A stretch of 60,053 nucleotides of DNA, filler included, from Basidiobolus ranarum (Eukaryota), in assembly GCA_040143965.1 (NCBI GenBank). It is 13 parts of 13 records of this genome, joined end to end, with 100 filler letters (N's around TTAATTAATTAA, not from the genome) between each part and the next. Parts side by side here need not be neighbours in the genome. Positions count along the whole stretch, not along the records: positions 1 to 4,538 come from JASJQH010001922.1; positions 4,639 to 9,174 come from JASJQH010001923.1; positions 9,275 to 13,810 come from JASJQH010001924.1; 10 more parts are not named here. The stretch is one strand, 5' to 3'. The notes beneath the pieces are model-generated. The model was not told the DNA's origin and did no database searches. It saw nothing but the letters and a program-made list of their open reading frames with translations. Within the stretch, counting starts at the first letter, position 1, and each line of letters begins with the position of its first letter. Shown one piece after another: positions 1-11,707 of this stretch. A program made the translations under genes and the position numbers.

Positions 1-599
1 AGGTTTGAGATGGGTGGTAGTTTGATCATTCCTTGAGGTTCAGTTGAGTGCAAGGAATGTTCGGGAGGTGGCTGTTGTTTGTAATCATGCATTGAGATTG
101 GGGTGCTATTGCGTGAGTTGATCTCTTGTGAGAGCTCTGTACTTGACTGAATTTTCTTTTTCATCTCTTGTCTTTTATTTTGGAACCATATCTGAACACT
201 TCTTGGATGCATGCCGACTTTCTGTGCGATCTTTTCTCGAAGTTCTTTCGATGGGAAATTGTTGTATTTTAATACCTGATTCAACATCTTGATCTGGTGA
301 GAATTCGCGCGTTTTCGCTTTGCTTTTACAGATCGACCACCGTTGTTTCCCGATGTAGCGGCATCCTGGTCAAAAGCCCTCAATAACTGTTCTATCTCAT
401 GGCTTTCGGTAGTGGGTCTGGATTTCCTTGCTGTGTCCTCTAAACTAATAAAAGAATTGTGATCTAAACTCATGGACCCCATATATGCAGTGCCAACCGT
501 TAGAGTAATCTTTCTTCTGGACGCAATGCGTTGGGATAGGATCGAATTGTAAAATAAGTAGTCTGCAGCGACCAAGGGTGAAGTTCTTGAACCATGCAT
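1..599 (-). CDS. Homeodomain transcription factor, 3'-truncated at window edge
   Basis: Manual translation from ATG at 599 stays open to position 1 (not in the ORF track). It contains KAKRKRANSHQIKMLNQVLKYNNFPSKELREKIAQKVGMHPRSVQIWFQNKRQEMKKK, with the canonical helix-3 WFQNKR at about 150-330. Start codon uncertain. Confidence 0.9.
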   Translation of the reverse strand, partial: MHGSRTSPLVAADYLFYNSILSQRIASRRKITLTVGTAYMGSMSLDHNSFISLEDTARKSRPTTESHEIEQLLRAFDQDAATSGNNGGRSVKAKRKRANSHQIKMLNQVLKYNNFPSKELREKIAQKVGMHPRSVQIWFQNKRQEMKKKIQSSTELSQEINSRNSTPISMHDYKQQPPPEHSLHSTEPQGMIKLPPISN

Positions 600-2197
600 T
601 TATATCTAATATTGCCAAAGAAATCAGCAATATGCTTTAAGAAAAATGAAAAGAGGTGGTAGCGTCAAGTTAAACATGGTTTAGTGATATCAATCTCTTC
701 AACATCAACGATAAACTTGTTGCCTTTTTAGGTTGGTGTTTACCAATGATCATGGTTGGGTAGAAATGAAGGGGCTGTGATTGAAGCGGACTTCTCTACT
801 ATTTCTACTCAGTACGTTTTTACTATGACCAGGGATATAGCATTCAATGTATGCTATGCACAAAGATCGGTAGGATTACGATAATATTCACATGGAATAC
901 GCCATCCGTGCTTTCTTCCTCTCTTCCTACTCATCAATTGCCCCAGAAACCATTTAAAATTGAGCGAGATTGCGAGCCAAAGTCACGCGTGCGGAAGTGG
1001 CAACCTGATTCGGCTAACGTACTCAATATTCTCTGGTCAGAACGCCTAATCAGTCATTTCCATCCTTCATTGGGTGTGAGTCGCTACTGAATTCATATCC
1101 TGACTTGCAAAGATATTGAAAAGCTTAATATATAAGCAAGGAGTAGTGTGAGATACCAGAACGAAATCGAGTATTTCCCAAAAGTCTAAGAAACCATTTG
1201 GGCATTTTGATAAATGATGTTCCGGTACAGTCATGAGGGCCATTCATTTTGGTATGAGCGTGAAGAAAGATTGTCTTAGCCCACTTGCTCAATCCCTTGT
1301 CGGTGAAAATGAATTACTGACTTCCTTGGGAAATCATATTTATCAAACTCGTTTCGAACTCAATTAAAATCACGTTCTTGGTACGTTTACTCGTGTATAG
1401 GTTTAGTGTACAGTTCGCAATGGTGAATCGATTCTTTTGACTGCCGACCCGAGTTTCACATTCTGATAGACACTTAAGTCAAAACCATGAAGTAATTCTA
1501 ATACATTCACAGCTGAGATATCATTTATTGGGACTCGCAAGATTAATATGATGTTTCTCTTCAAACTGACTCCATTGGCCAACTTTATTTATCTCAATAA
1601 TTTTACTACTCACTTCATCAACCGTTGGAATTCCATCAGCAGTCAAACCCGAAGATGATTAATGTCTCATCCTTTGTAAACTTGTGCTGGATTTATTTCT
1701 ACCCGAAGTTGCGGTGATACCTCATACAAACAGGTGCTTTCTCATTTCTTTTTCCAGTATTCTTTGAGAAGAATATCGCTGTATTACTTTTCCATAGACG
1801 CACGGGCATGTTGCCTTTGCTTCCTATTTGGGAGGATAGAAATATAGAACTGATGATACTACAGTAGTCATTATTCCGATATCATTAGTTGAGGCCTGCT
1901 TGATTCATTGCTAATATAGCTCCTTGAATTCTTATTGTTATTCCTATATCCACTAGGCAACCAGGTTTAAAATTCATAGAGTACGATGACAACTATGATA
2001 ATGACTGAATGTCCTCTATGACCTTACTTTATTTATCAGCACGTGAAATCAGTGACAATACTTTGAAGAATGGAAAATGGTCACATCAAGGGAGCATAAC
2101 ATATATTGCTAGAGAGTTTTCATTGGCGTATGGGAAATACTGGGTTGTGAGAGAATAAGCAATAGGATGAGTTTCGTATTCAAGGTATCATATGTAT

Positions 2198-3564
2198 TCA
2201 TTCTTGGGTCTTGGAGATGTTGGTTAATTCCCTTGTTGAGATATCTTGGCGAAGGTCTTGCTTGTTCAAGACGATGCGATCTGAAAAGTGATGGTTGGTA
2301 TCTCGATGGAGGGCTTCATCTGCACGTATGGCGAGCACAACGTCTCGTATAGTGGCATTTTTGGGTAAGTTCCAATAGTCTATAGCGATCTTCGGCGCGG
2401 GTTTGTTCTCGATACGACCTTCGTCAATCTCCTTCAAAAATCCAGTATATGAGATAATGGCTTCCTCCTCAAGATACCCAACAACTCTGAAATATACGGA
2501 GGCTTAGTCAGATGGTGAGAATACGCGATAATTCGTAAAGTTACCTATGTGCAGTTTTAGGCGTGCACAGATATACGAGGAAGAAGCAATTGAAAAAGAC
2601 ACCCTAGCATACCAGAAGTTACGGAATGTACTGTGTGCAACATTTGGAGACCTTTTGCATACCTGAATTGCAGTAACAAATATTCTTTCTAGAAGGGTAG
2701 GCTTGCAAACCTTCATCCATGTAAGTAAGTGCATTCTATTTTTGAGGATCAACGATAAAAAATATCAGGAATATATGCAAAGTAGGATATCTCTTTTATG
2801 ATCTACCTCTCATTTTCAGCTTCATGAAGAAGATGGGCGATCCAGCCTAAGGAATTCCCAAACAATATGTAAACTCATTTACCAAATCGATTATCAAGCA
2901 ATAGATATTGGTTACCTCCATCATGTTTCATTTTACGAAGACTTCTCAAATGGCGAATAACCCCTGGAGATGAGGATAAATGTAAGTATTACTTGGAAAT
3001 GCTACAATGGTCAATTTACTGGTCCAGCTAAAGTAATTTAAAATGACTAACCTCCAACCATACCAGGTACTGCTGCCACTGTTTCTAGAGCCTAACATGT
3101 TGCAAGAACTCCAAGTAAGTATAATGTTGGGTTTTTTGGCTGATGACATGCGTACTTACCACCGCTCTGTGAAGATATTTTGTTCGAAAGAAAAGGTCGG
3201 CAGGAACACGCAGAGATTTAACTATGAAGAGTGCTACTTTGTCGCTGACAGTAACAGGAATACGGTGCTTAGTCAGACCAATATCCAATTTCTCGAGCTC
3301 TTCGGAGGTAAGTTGACGAGATATAAAGTCATTACGGATTGGTTTAGGATGTATCCCTTCAAGTAACTCTGGCGGAACCTCATAGAACTCTGGATTGACA
3401 ACCTGACCCTCTTTAAGGGATTTTGAATGTACCTTACGAGAGAGCACGAACGATACTAGCGGAGTTTGTGCGGAAAGGGTATGAATATGTGCATTTACCA
3501 GATTTCGAGTAGAATACCGAAGCAATGCCTTGGGAGTAAAAAAGATAATCTTGGCCGCATTCAT
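2198..3564 (-). CDS. AOX: Mitochondrial alternative oxidase, multi-exon
   Basis: Exons joined at GT-AG introns give [45 protein letters not shown] and [13 protein letters not shown], i.e. all diiron motifs. The N-terminus is basic and presequence-like. Confidence 0.95.
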
Positions 3565-4538
3565 TATACAAAAGTTTTAAGTTTTAGTTAAAAGTTTATG
3601 TCTATTTATACACTTTTATATAGTTTTTCAAAAGTTACTTTTTAATGTCAATAATATATTGAACTCGCTTGTTAACATGATTTATCGGATCTGCAACGTA
3701 GAGATTATAGGGGGCTTTTTCCGAAAGCTTCCAGCTCAAAGTATCCACTGGCCACTTGTGTGCGCTAATACCATGATCGTTCCAGTTTATTTGTTACACA
3801 GTTTACAACATGTAAAAGAACGGAGCGAATATGGTCACATGGCTACGAGCATCTATTGTGTGGTGCTATCGCCGGGAAATATAGGAATTATAAGACAAAG
3901 ATGAAGTATTTGTTACTAAATAAGAACAGAATCTCATCCAGTTGCCAGCCTAGCAGGCTGCACAGCAGTAGGAGTGATGCTATTTTAGCAAGGTTGATTC
4001 CGAATTTATTTATGTGGGGATGACATCAGTACTTTTGCTACGGTATGCTACATAAATACAAGTCACTCGTTTGTTACAAAACCTAAAACCTGTTCTTGTG
4101 GCGTGCTTCTTTCATATAAGAATCCATCAGTAATGTGTGGACGCAAGCCCCGAGCATATACTGCGGTGGAGTTTCAAGTGGATTTGTCAAGTTTCAAATA
4201 GCTGCTATAGAGTTACAAATCTAAACTATTGGTATCATTTTCTACATTCTGAAAACATATTATTGTGATGGGACATACTCACGTTATTCCTCTTCGCTAA
4301 CAACGATTCTGGATTCTAGCATCTACCGAGTCTCAAGGTGATGGTTTCCGATATAGTTTTGAGCGTGACCTACTCAGCAATCATATATACTTCATCATTA
4401 GTGAACAGACGGTGAAATCAGAAATACTCCTCAACAACGGTAAGAATTATTTGAGATGGGTGAGTGGGATGAAGGGGATTGCGAGTACCATAGTTGGTTT
4501 GAGCCCACTGAAGTCTTATAGCCACATGATTGCCTCAT

Positions 4539-4638
4539 NNNNNNNNNNNNNNNNNNNNNNNNNNNNNNNNNNNNNNNNNNNNTTAATTAATTAANNNNNN
4601 NNNNNNNNNNNNNNNNNNNNNNNNNNNNNNNNNNNNNN
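4539..4638. other. Artificial contig spacer (N44-TTAATTAATTAA-N44)
   Basis: Identical 100-nt spacers also at 9175, 13811, 18445, 23075, 27705, 32333, 36959, 41582, 46203, 50821 and 55439. The core puts stops in all six frames. Confidence 0.99.
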
Positions 4639-4859
4639 GCACATGTGTTGATCCATAGTTCTCTGAGATTTTAGCCAATCATTTGCAACTATTTTGTGAG
4701 ATCTTGAAATTTCACTCCTGAAACTGAAAAAATTGATTAAAATCAAATCTAACTTGACAATTTTATGACGGTAAGTAAACGGTCAATCCCAAATGGATTC
4801 AAATTGTGACGGTTTTCCTACAATAACAATCCTCAAATTTCTGTTAGGGACCAATATCA

Positions 4860-7590
4860 ATCATCTGAAATTGGCTGATAAGCTACTTTTTATCTGATTA
4901 GGAGCTTCTAGATCATTTATGGCTATAATCAAGTCTTCTATACATAGTGCCAAGATAAGAATCTTATTTCCTGCTGTTTGGATAAGAATACTGTGATCTG
5001 CTGCCCATTTTTGGAACTCCAATGATTTCAAGTAGTTATATAACTTGCTGAACAATGCCCTGAGTACTTGTTTGAGCCAATATGGTGATTTTTGTAGCTT
5101 ACAGAACATATCCATATAGGGCTTCAAATGGAGTAAAATATTCTAGTAATCTGGTTGGGCATCTGTTTTTGATATATACTGCAGTGCAGACAAATACAGC
5201 TCAATATTGGTAATCTAACTTTTGATCACGTAAACTTGATCTTGCCATCTCCACTATGCTTCTGTTGGCATGTTCTGCAACTCCATTGTGATGTGGAGTA
5301 TAAGGTACAGCAGTTTCTTGCTTAATTCCATGTTTATGACAAAAACTATAAAAGTCTTCAGAACAGTATTACCCAAAATCATCACTCCTTGGTACCATTG
5401 TTTTTGTGCTCATTTTCTTTTACCTTTGCTCTGTAGTGCTTGAATGTAGCTAAGGCTTCAGATTGTGATTTGAGAAAGAATACCCAAGTATTTCCTGTTT
5501 TGCATTGATAAAGGTCATAAGGTATCTCCCCTAACAAAAAAATTTTAAATTTGCATTTCATACTATTTTCTGACTGTTTCATAATGTTATTATGCTGGTA
5601 TTGCAACAATTTTCTTATGGTTTCTCTGCCAGTCTGTTTTTCCTCCCATTTTCTTATGGTATTTCTACCCCTATATCTGTGTTTTCTCTGGTTTTCCTCT
5701 GGTATTCATTCCCAAATTTTTCATAGGGCCTCTTGCCACCTAGTAATATGTTTTTCCTGGGCCTACATAGGTCAAAATGAATCAGGGCTAAATTCTGAGT
5801 GGATTTGATCTCTCCAGAGCTTGAACATGGCTGTCTGCAATATTTTCCATATATGCAACCTACACACAGATCCAATTTGGTGATACTTTTGATTTCTAAG
5901 CCTGAAACAAGCTGATTTTTGATTGTTTGGGTACATTTTTGTTCCCCAATGTGGCCAAATCTTATATGCCATGTTTGACACCTTATTATGCTGGTTTTGG
6001 CCAAGTTTGCATACTCAGAATGCAATTTGTTGCTTTCTAGCTTGTGTATATTTTGAGTTTTGATCCCAGTAACAAATTACTATTATTCCAATCTGTGATT
6101 GTGCATCCAGACTTGCTGAATACAAGGTTTAGTCCTTGAGTTGATGCTTGACTTACTGATAGTAGATTCTCGGCTGTATTTGGTACATAGAGTACATCAT
6201 CCAATTTTGCAGACTGTGTAGCTGAAGTTTGGTCTAAATTGAGCACAACTGTATCCTTACCAACTGATTCTAGTGCATAGTCTTCACCTTAGTAGAATTT
6301 CCTTGTTTGATGGGCTATGAGCTAGTAAACCAATCTTTCTTGTTCGACATATGCTGGAAAGCTCCTCATTCAATGTACCAGGTTTTTGGGTCTTCCTCAG
6401 TGGTTGCTGAAAGGCAGACACAAGCAAATGATCCCTATTGGTGCTTAATTGCTTTGCTTGTTCCTATTTTAGCTTTTTGACAAATACTCTGATTCTGCAA
6501 TCTTTGATTAATTGCCCTGATCTCTGGCCATACTTGCAGATGAGTGATTTCCTATTAAGGGCACCATTGTTGAAGCTCAATGGATGTTTTACAGCTCCTA
6601 AAAATGCCTGATCTGCATTATTTTGCTGAGAATTAAATCTCCTTGATTCCTCATTCCAAAGTCTGGCACCAACAAATTCCATAGTTGATCACTCTGATCC
6701 TGATTCTAGGGCAAGTATGATATCCCTAAACTCATCTGGCAGGCTCCTAAGTAGTGTCATGACTGAGTAATCTGCATCCAGAGATGCTCCAATGGATGAG
6801 AGCTGAACTGCCATAGCCTTTATCCAACTTATACAATTAGCATAAAATCAAAAGAATTTGTCCAATTTGAGAGCATTTGTTGCTCAAGATATGGTGCATT
6901 AGCCAGATTTCAGTCTCATAAAGTGTCTCAAGCACTTCTCACACAGTTTAGATGTTTTTGGCTGAGTGTATGTGCCTCAATTGAGAGTCTCTGAGATGAA
7001 GACAGAGCATAGTGAGTGCCTTCCTTGGCTTCTTGTGAAAGGCAATGATAGCTTCTGGTAGTCTCTTTGGCTCTATTTTTTCTCCTGTAAAAAATCCCAA
7101 AGCTCCTTGTCTAATAGCACCATATGCATCTTGAACTTCCAAAGGTGAAAGTCTTCATCATCAAACTTCTCTGTGGATGCAAAACATTTGTATTAGTACT
7201 GGTAGATATTTCTTTAACAGCTGGCTTGGGCCACATAACCTGTTGAAAGTATGTTGGGGATTTGGCAGTATTTTGGACAAGATTCAGATTTATGAATTAG
7301 ACAATTGAGTATCATTGAATTGAATATGTCCTATTTATAGTTTACTATGTAATAGGACTATTGGACATGCTTAGATGATTGCCAACATGCCTGCTAATAC
7401 ATGGGTGAGAATGTGAGGTGACTTGGAGAAGTTTGAAAAAAGTAGTTAAAATTGGTAAAAGTGATCTGACTGCTATTTCTATTGGTTAGAGCAATAATCA
7501 CATGCTTTTGTATGAGAGAATTGAGTGCTACATAATCGTAATATGATGTATACTAGGTACTAAATAATAGGTTGCTTTTTACCCATCTTC
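4860..7590 (-). mobile_element. Degenerate Ty1/copia LTR retrotransposon (family A): LTR about 7241-7590, PBS, gag, protease, integrase and RT remnants
   Basis: EKFDDEDFHLWKFKM gag start; DDVLYVPNTAENLLSV protease region; WHIRFGHIG...CVGCIYGK GAG-pre-integrase; LALIHFDLC integrase start; RT fragment LQKSPYWLKQ. Many stops and frameshifts. Confidence 0.9.
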
Positions 7591-8329
7591 AGTAAAATAC
7601 ACAGGAATTGATCTGAATTTGGAATATTTTCTTTTAAGATAGAGCTTTTTAGCTATACTCCTAGTTTCTGATAGTCCCTGCAGTGTTTTCCAAGCATTTT
7701 GAACATTTATGCATAAGGTTGTGTATCTCAATGGAGAGTTTGTGACACATAGAATAAGTGTGGACAATGCTGTCCTTGCTGATTGTGAAAAGCAAGGATA
7801 TCATTTGTTGTCTCTTTGGCTTTGTTTCTTCTCCTGTAGCACAAAGATTAGCATCATCTAGCACCATTTGCATCTCAAACTTCTGCAGGTAAATTCTTCA
7901 CCATCAAACTTCCTAGTTGATGCAAAAGCATTGGTAGTTTTACTTATGGTCATGCCTTTAACCAATAGCTAGGGCTCATAAATTGATGAAAGTGTTCTGG
8001 GATTTGGAAGTATATTGGCCATTTTATGGTATGAAAATTAGAAACTCAGCACTTATTAACTATAGTCTTGCATATTTAGTGTGTACTATTAGATAGGACT
8101 ATTGGACAAGTTTAGACCATAACAAACATTTCTGTAAAGTATGGGTGAAATTTGAAGTAATAGAGAAGGTATGAGAACAAGTTCATGTTTGTGAAGGTGC
8201 TCATATTATGTATCTGGCTAATAGAGCAATAAGAGCATGTTTTATTGAATGTCAGACTGGAGTGCAAGTTTATCAGAATATGAATAAACCTACTACATAA
8301 TAATATGTTACTACTTACCTATTTTCAGC
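7590..8329 (-). mobile_element. Second family-A copia 5' end (LTR about 7984-8329 plus gag fragment)
   Basis: The LTR is homologous to 7241-7590. It is followed by PBS remnant TTATGAGCCC and gag fragments (MQMVLDDANL, AWKTLQGLSETRSIAKKLYLKRK). Confidence 0.8.
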
Positions 8330-8814
8330 ACTAAAGCAGTAGATGAGGAGCCAGATAGAGGTTTATTCATAGCAAAAAGGAAGGAGCTAGTGATCTTTCA
8401 AGATAGCAATCTATGGGCACATTGCTTCTCTAGTACTGAAAAATAACTGTCAGAGTTTAATAGATTTGTCAAGGAGCTTTTGAAAAAGCATATCAATACA
8501 ATACAACCAATCATACCAGTTGAAAAGGTTACACCATGAAACATTAATTACCCTTAAGACTTGAATTAACTTATAAAGTAGGAAACCATGATTTATAGCT
8601 TGCCATCCTTAACACAGACTTTTTGAAGCATTGATCTTAGCAATAAGTGATGGTTATTATGGGATTTATGAGTGTTTTAGTCTAGAATAGGATTGTGTGG
8701 CAGATGTTGAAGATTTATCAAATTCAATATTTCCTATTGCAAGTTTACCAAGATATAGGACTATTGAACCATTTTGGATAATAACTTATACATCAGCAAA
8801 GTAAGGATAAAATT

Positions 8815-8989
8815 GATGTTAATTTGAGAAGCTTTGGGAAAGTAGCAAAAATTGGTAAAATTGATATAGTAAATATATATCAGTTATAGCAATAAATACA
8901 TCTTTTTGAATGTCATAATAAAGTGCTAAATACTCAGAACACAAATAAACTAGTTACCAAATAATGAGTTGACTTTACTTATTTCAACA
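8815..8989 (-). repeat. Partial family-A LTR
   Basis: GAGAAGCTTTGGGAAAGTAGCAAAAATTGGTAAAA...TTATTTCAACA resembles 7425-7590. Confidence 0.7.
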
Positions 8990-9274
8990 GCTTGAAGTAC
9001 AAGTTGACCAGGAGATTCATGCTCTAAGTCTTGAGTAGCTATAAGTTTTATAGAGTCTTGTACAGCTGAATTGCATACCATATAACTTGATGGCAGCTTT
9101 TTCAGGATGGTATTGGAGTTTGTGTTTTTTTCTGATATATTAGGTGAATACAGCCTTTGCCACTGCTTATTAGTNNNNNNNNNNNNNNNNNNNNNNNNNN
9201 NNNNNNNNNNNNNNNNNNTTAATTAATTAANNNNNNNNNNNNNNNNNNNNNNNNNNNNNNNNNNNNNNNNNNNN

Positions 9275-11707
9275 GTTGCTCTCCGATCTTTTCAAGAGTT
9301 CCGTTCTGAAGTTGCCGCTCAAGGATTGAACAGCATCATCAACAATGATTGCTCTGTTATACGTCAGTATTCCTCGCCCAATACTCGTGATCCTCTCCTA
9401 GAGGATATGCTAATGATGGAGCGTGGCTATGTTGCTGAATATGATGTTCCATTCGAAGATATAGTTCCAGGTGATTGGATTAAATTACGGGCAGGTGATT
9501 TGATTCCTGCAGACTTGCAATTGTTGGAATCCAAAGATCTATTCATCTCACAAGCATCCCTGACTGGAGAGGCCATGCCTGTAGAGAAGTCGGCGTCTGA
9601 GAGGACTGTGGGGCTATCTGCTGCAGGAGGGGTACCTAATTCGATGCTTGAGGAATGTGGACTAAACAGACCTGACATGTGCTTTATGGGTACTAACGTG
9701 GTTAGTGGGGTCGCCACCGGCGTAGTTAAAGCCGTTGGTACTAGCACTGTCTTGGGTGCAACGGCTAGACAGTTATCAACCCAGCGTCCAATTAATGCCT
9801 TTCAAAAAGGCATCCGAAGAATCAGTTATCTTTTCATGGGTATCATGATTATAATGGTGCCATTGGTATTTATCATATCTGGTTTTACAAATCACGATTG
9901 GGTACAGACTGCATTGTTCGCTGCTTCGGTGGCTGTAGGGTTAACACCCGAAATGCTACCTATGATAGTAAATGCAAATCTAGCTCGCGGCGCTTTGGCC
10001 CTCTCCAAGAGAAAATGTATTGTGAAGAAGCTGGATTCTATCATCAATTTGGGCGGAGTCGATATTCTCTGTACAGATAAAACCGGTACGCTGACTGAGG
10101 ATAAAGTTTCTCTGGTAAGCCATTTAGGGTTTAAAGGTGAAACTTCTTTCTTACCTTTGGAATTGGCCTTTTTAAATTCTCATTTTCAAACTGGCCTAAA
10201 GAACTTGCTGGATGTTGCTGTAATGGACTTCTTTCATAAGGACCATTACATGCCCTTGGATAGATATTCTAAAGTAGATGAAATACCTTTCGATTTTGTC
10301 CGACGAAAGCTGTCAGTGGTAATTCGAGATCAATCTAAACTAAACGATTTGTTAATCACGAAAGGGGCTGTGGACGAACTGTTAGACTCTTGCTCAAAAA
10401 TATTTATAGGTAATATTACCACTTCTAACCCCGCCAGTGAAGGTGTAACTTTACCTACAGATGAAATTGTCGATCTGACCGGGGAGTATACAACAAAGTT
10501 ACAAAATCTGAACAATGAGTTAAACGAGGATGGTCTTCGTGTGATAGCAGTTGCATATCGCTACATGGATAGTGATCATAAGGATCTTACGATTGCTCAT
10601 GAAACTAATATGATATTTGCCGGATACATTGCTTTCTTGGACTCACCAAAACCGAGTACTACCCAAGCTATTCGTGAGTTACGAGAAAATGGAATCACTA
10701 TCAAAGTTTTGACCGGAGATTCTGCTGCAGTGTGCAAAAAGGTTTGCAATGAAATACAACTCCCCATTAATTCTGTGGTCACTGCCACAAATCTTGAGAA
10801 TTTGACTAACGAAGAATTCTCGGCTATTGTTGAGGAGGCCACAATCTTTGCTAAGCTTACTCCATTACAGAAAGCTGAGGTTATACGGGCATTAAAAGCT
10901 AATGGACATGTTGTTGGGTTCCTTGGAGATGGTATTAATGATGCACCCGCACTTCGTGAAAGTGATTGCAGTATATCGGTTGATACCGGTGGTGACATTG
11001 CGAAAGAATCAGCCGATATTATTCTTCTGGAGAAAGATCTGATGGTGCTGGTGGCTGGTGTTATACGTGGTCGTATCACTTATGGAAATACTATCAAGTA
11101 CATCAAGATGGCAGTTTCTTCTAATTTTAGTAATGTCCTCAGTATGTTGGTAGCCTCAATCTGGCTACCATTCCTTCCGATGCTTCCTATACAGGTTCTG
11201 GTACAAAACTTACTCTATGATATCTCACAAATGGCTATTCCCTGGGACAATATGGATGACGAGTTTTTACATTCGCCACAAGCATGGTCTACCAAAGGAA
11301 TTCTCAAGTTTATGCTATTCATAGGACCAATCTCGTCAATCTTTGACATCATTACTTTCATCTTCATGGTGTTTTATTTGGAAGCCAATGCACCAGAGCA
11401 ACAATCCCTCTTCCAAACTGGCTGGTTTGTTATTGGACTACTCACTCAAACGTTAATTGTTCACATGATCCGAACCCCTCTCATTCCGTTTATCCAGAGT
11501 CGCGCTTCCTTACCACTATTATTCTCTACTGCCACTGTGATGCTCATCGGCTTTGTTATTCCATTCACGCCAATCAGAGATTCCCTCTCTATGGTGGTTT
11601 TACCAGGAATGTATTACCCGTACTTGTTTTCAGTGTTAGCCGGCTACTGCTTACTAGCGCAAATGGTTAAAGTAATATATATTCGGCACTTTAGGACCTG
11701 GTTATAA
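9275..11707 (+). CDS. mgtA: Mg2+-transporting P-type ATPase, P3B (MgtA/MgtB-like), 5'-truncated
   Basis: TGEAMPVEK, PEMLP (P3B TM4 motif), DKTGTLT, PFDFVRR, GDGIND, QNLLYD, FQTGWF, LTQTLIVHMIRT, PFIQSRAS. The frame is open from the contig start, with no introns over 2.4 kb. Confidence 0.93.
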   Translation, partial: VALRSFQEFRSEVAAQGLNSIINNDCSVIRQYSSPNTRDPLLEDMLMMERGYVAEYDVPFEDIVPGDWIKLRAGDLIPADLQLLESKDLFISQASLTGEAMPVEKSASERTVGLSAAGGVPNSMLEECGLNRPDMCFMGTNVVSGVATGVVKAVGTSTVLGATARQLSTQRPINAFQKGIRRISYLFMGIMIIMVPLVFIISGFTNHDWVQTALFAASVAVGLTPEMLPMIVNANLARGALALSKRKCIVKKLDSIINLGGVDILCTDKTGTLTEDKVSLVSHLGFKGETSFLPLELAFLNSHFQTGLKNLLDVAVMDFFHKDHYMPLDRYSKVDEIPFDFVRRKLSVVIRDQSKLNDLLITKGAVDELLDSCSKIFIGNITTSNPASEGVTLPTDEIVDLTGEYTTKLQNLNNELNEDGLRVIAVAYRYMDSDHKDLTIAHETNMIFAGYIAFLDSPKPSTTQAIRELRENGITIKVLTGDSAAVCKKVCNEIQLPINSVVTATNLENLTNEEFSAIVEEATIFAKLTPLQKAEVIRALKANGHVVGFLGDGINDAPALRESDCSISVDTGGDIAKESADIILLEKDLMVLVAGVIRGRITYGNTIKYIKMAVSSNFSNVLSMLVASIWLPFLPMLPIQVLVQNLLYDISQMAIPWDNMDDEFLHSPQAWSTKGILKFMLFIGPISSIFDIITFIFMVFYLEANAPEQQSLFQTGWFVIGLLTQTLIVHMIRTPLIPFIQSRASLPLLFSTATVMLIGFVIPFTPIRDSLSMVVLPGMYYPYLFSVLAGYCLLAQMVKVIYIRHFRTWL

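Noticed and set aside
4583-4594. Periodic TTAATTAATTAA as a biological repeat or array
   Set aside because: It is a six-frame stop linker inside N padding, i.e. an assembly artefact.
9427-11079. Antisense ORFs within the P-type ATPase (and similar ones in ANT1, the LRR gene and GGT)
   Set aside because: Shadow frames of real genes with no recognisable motifs.
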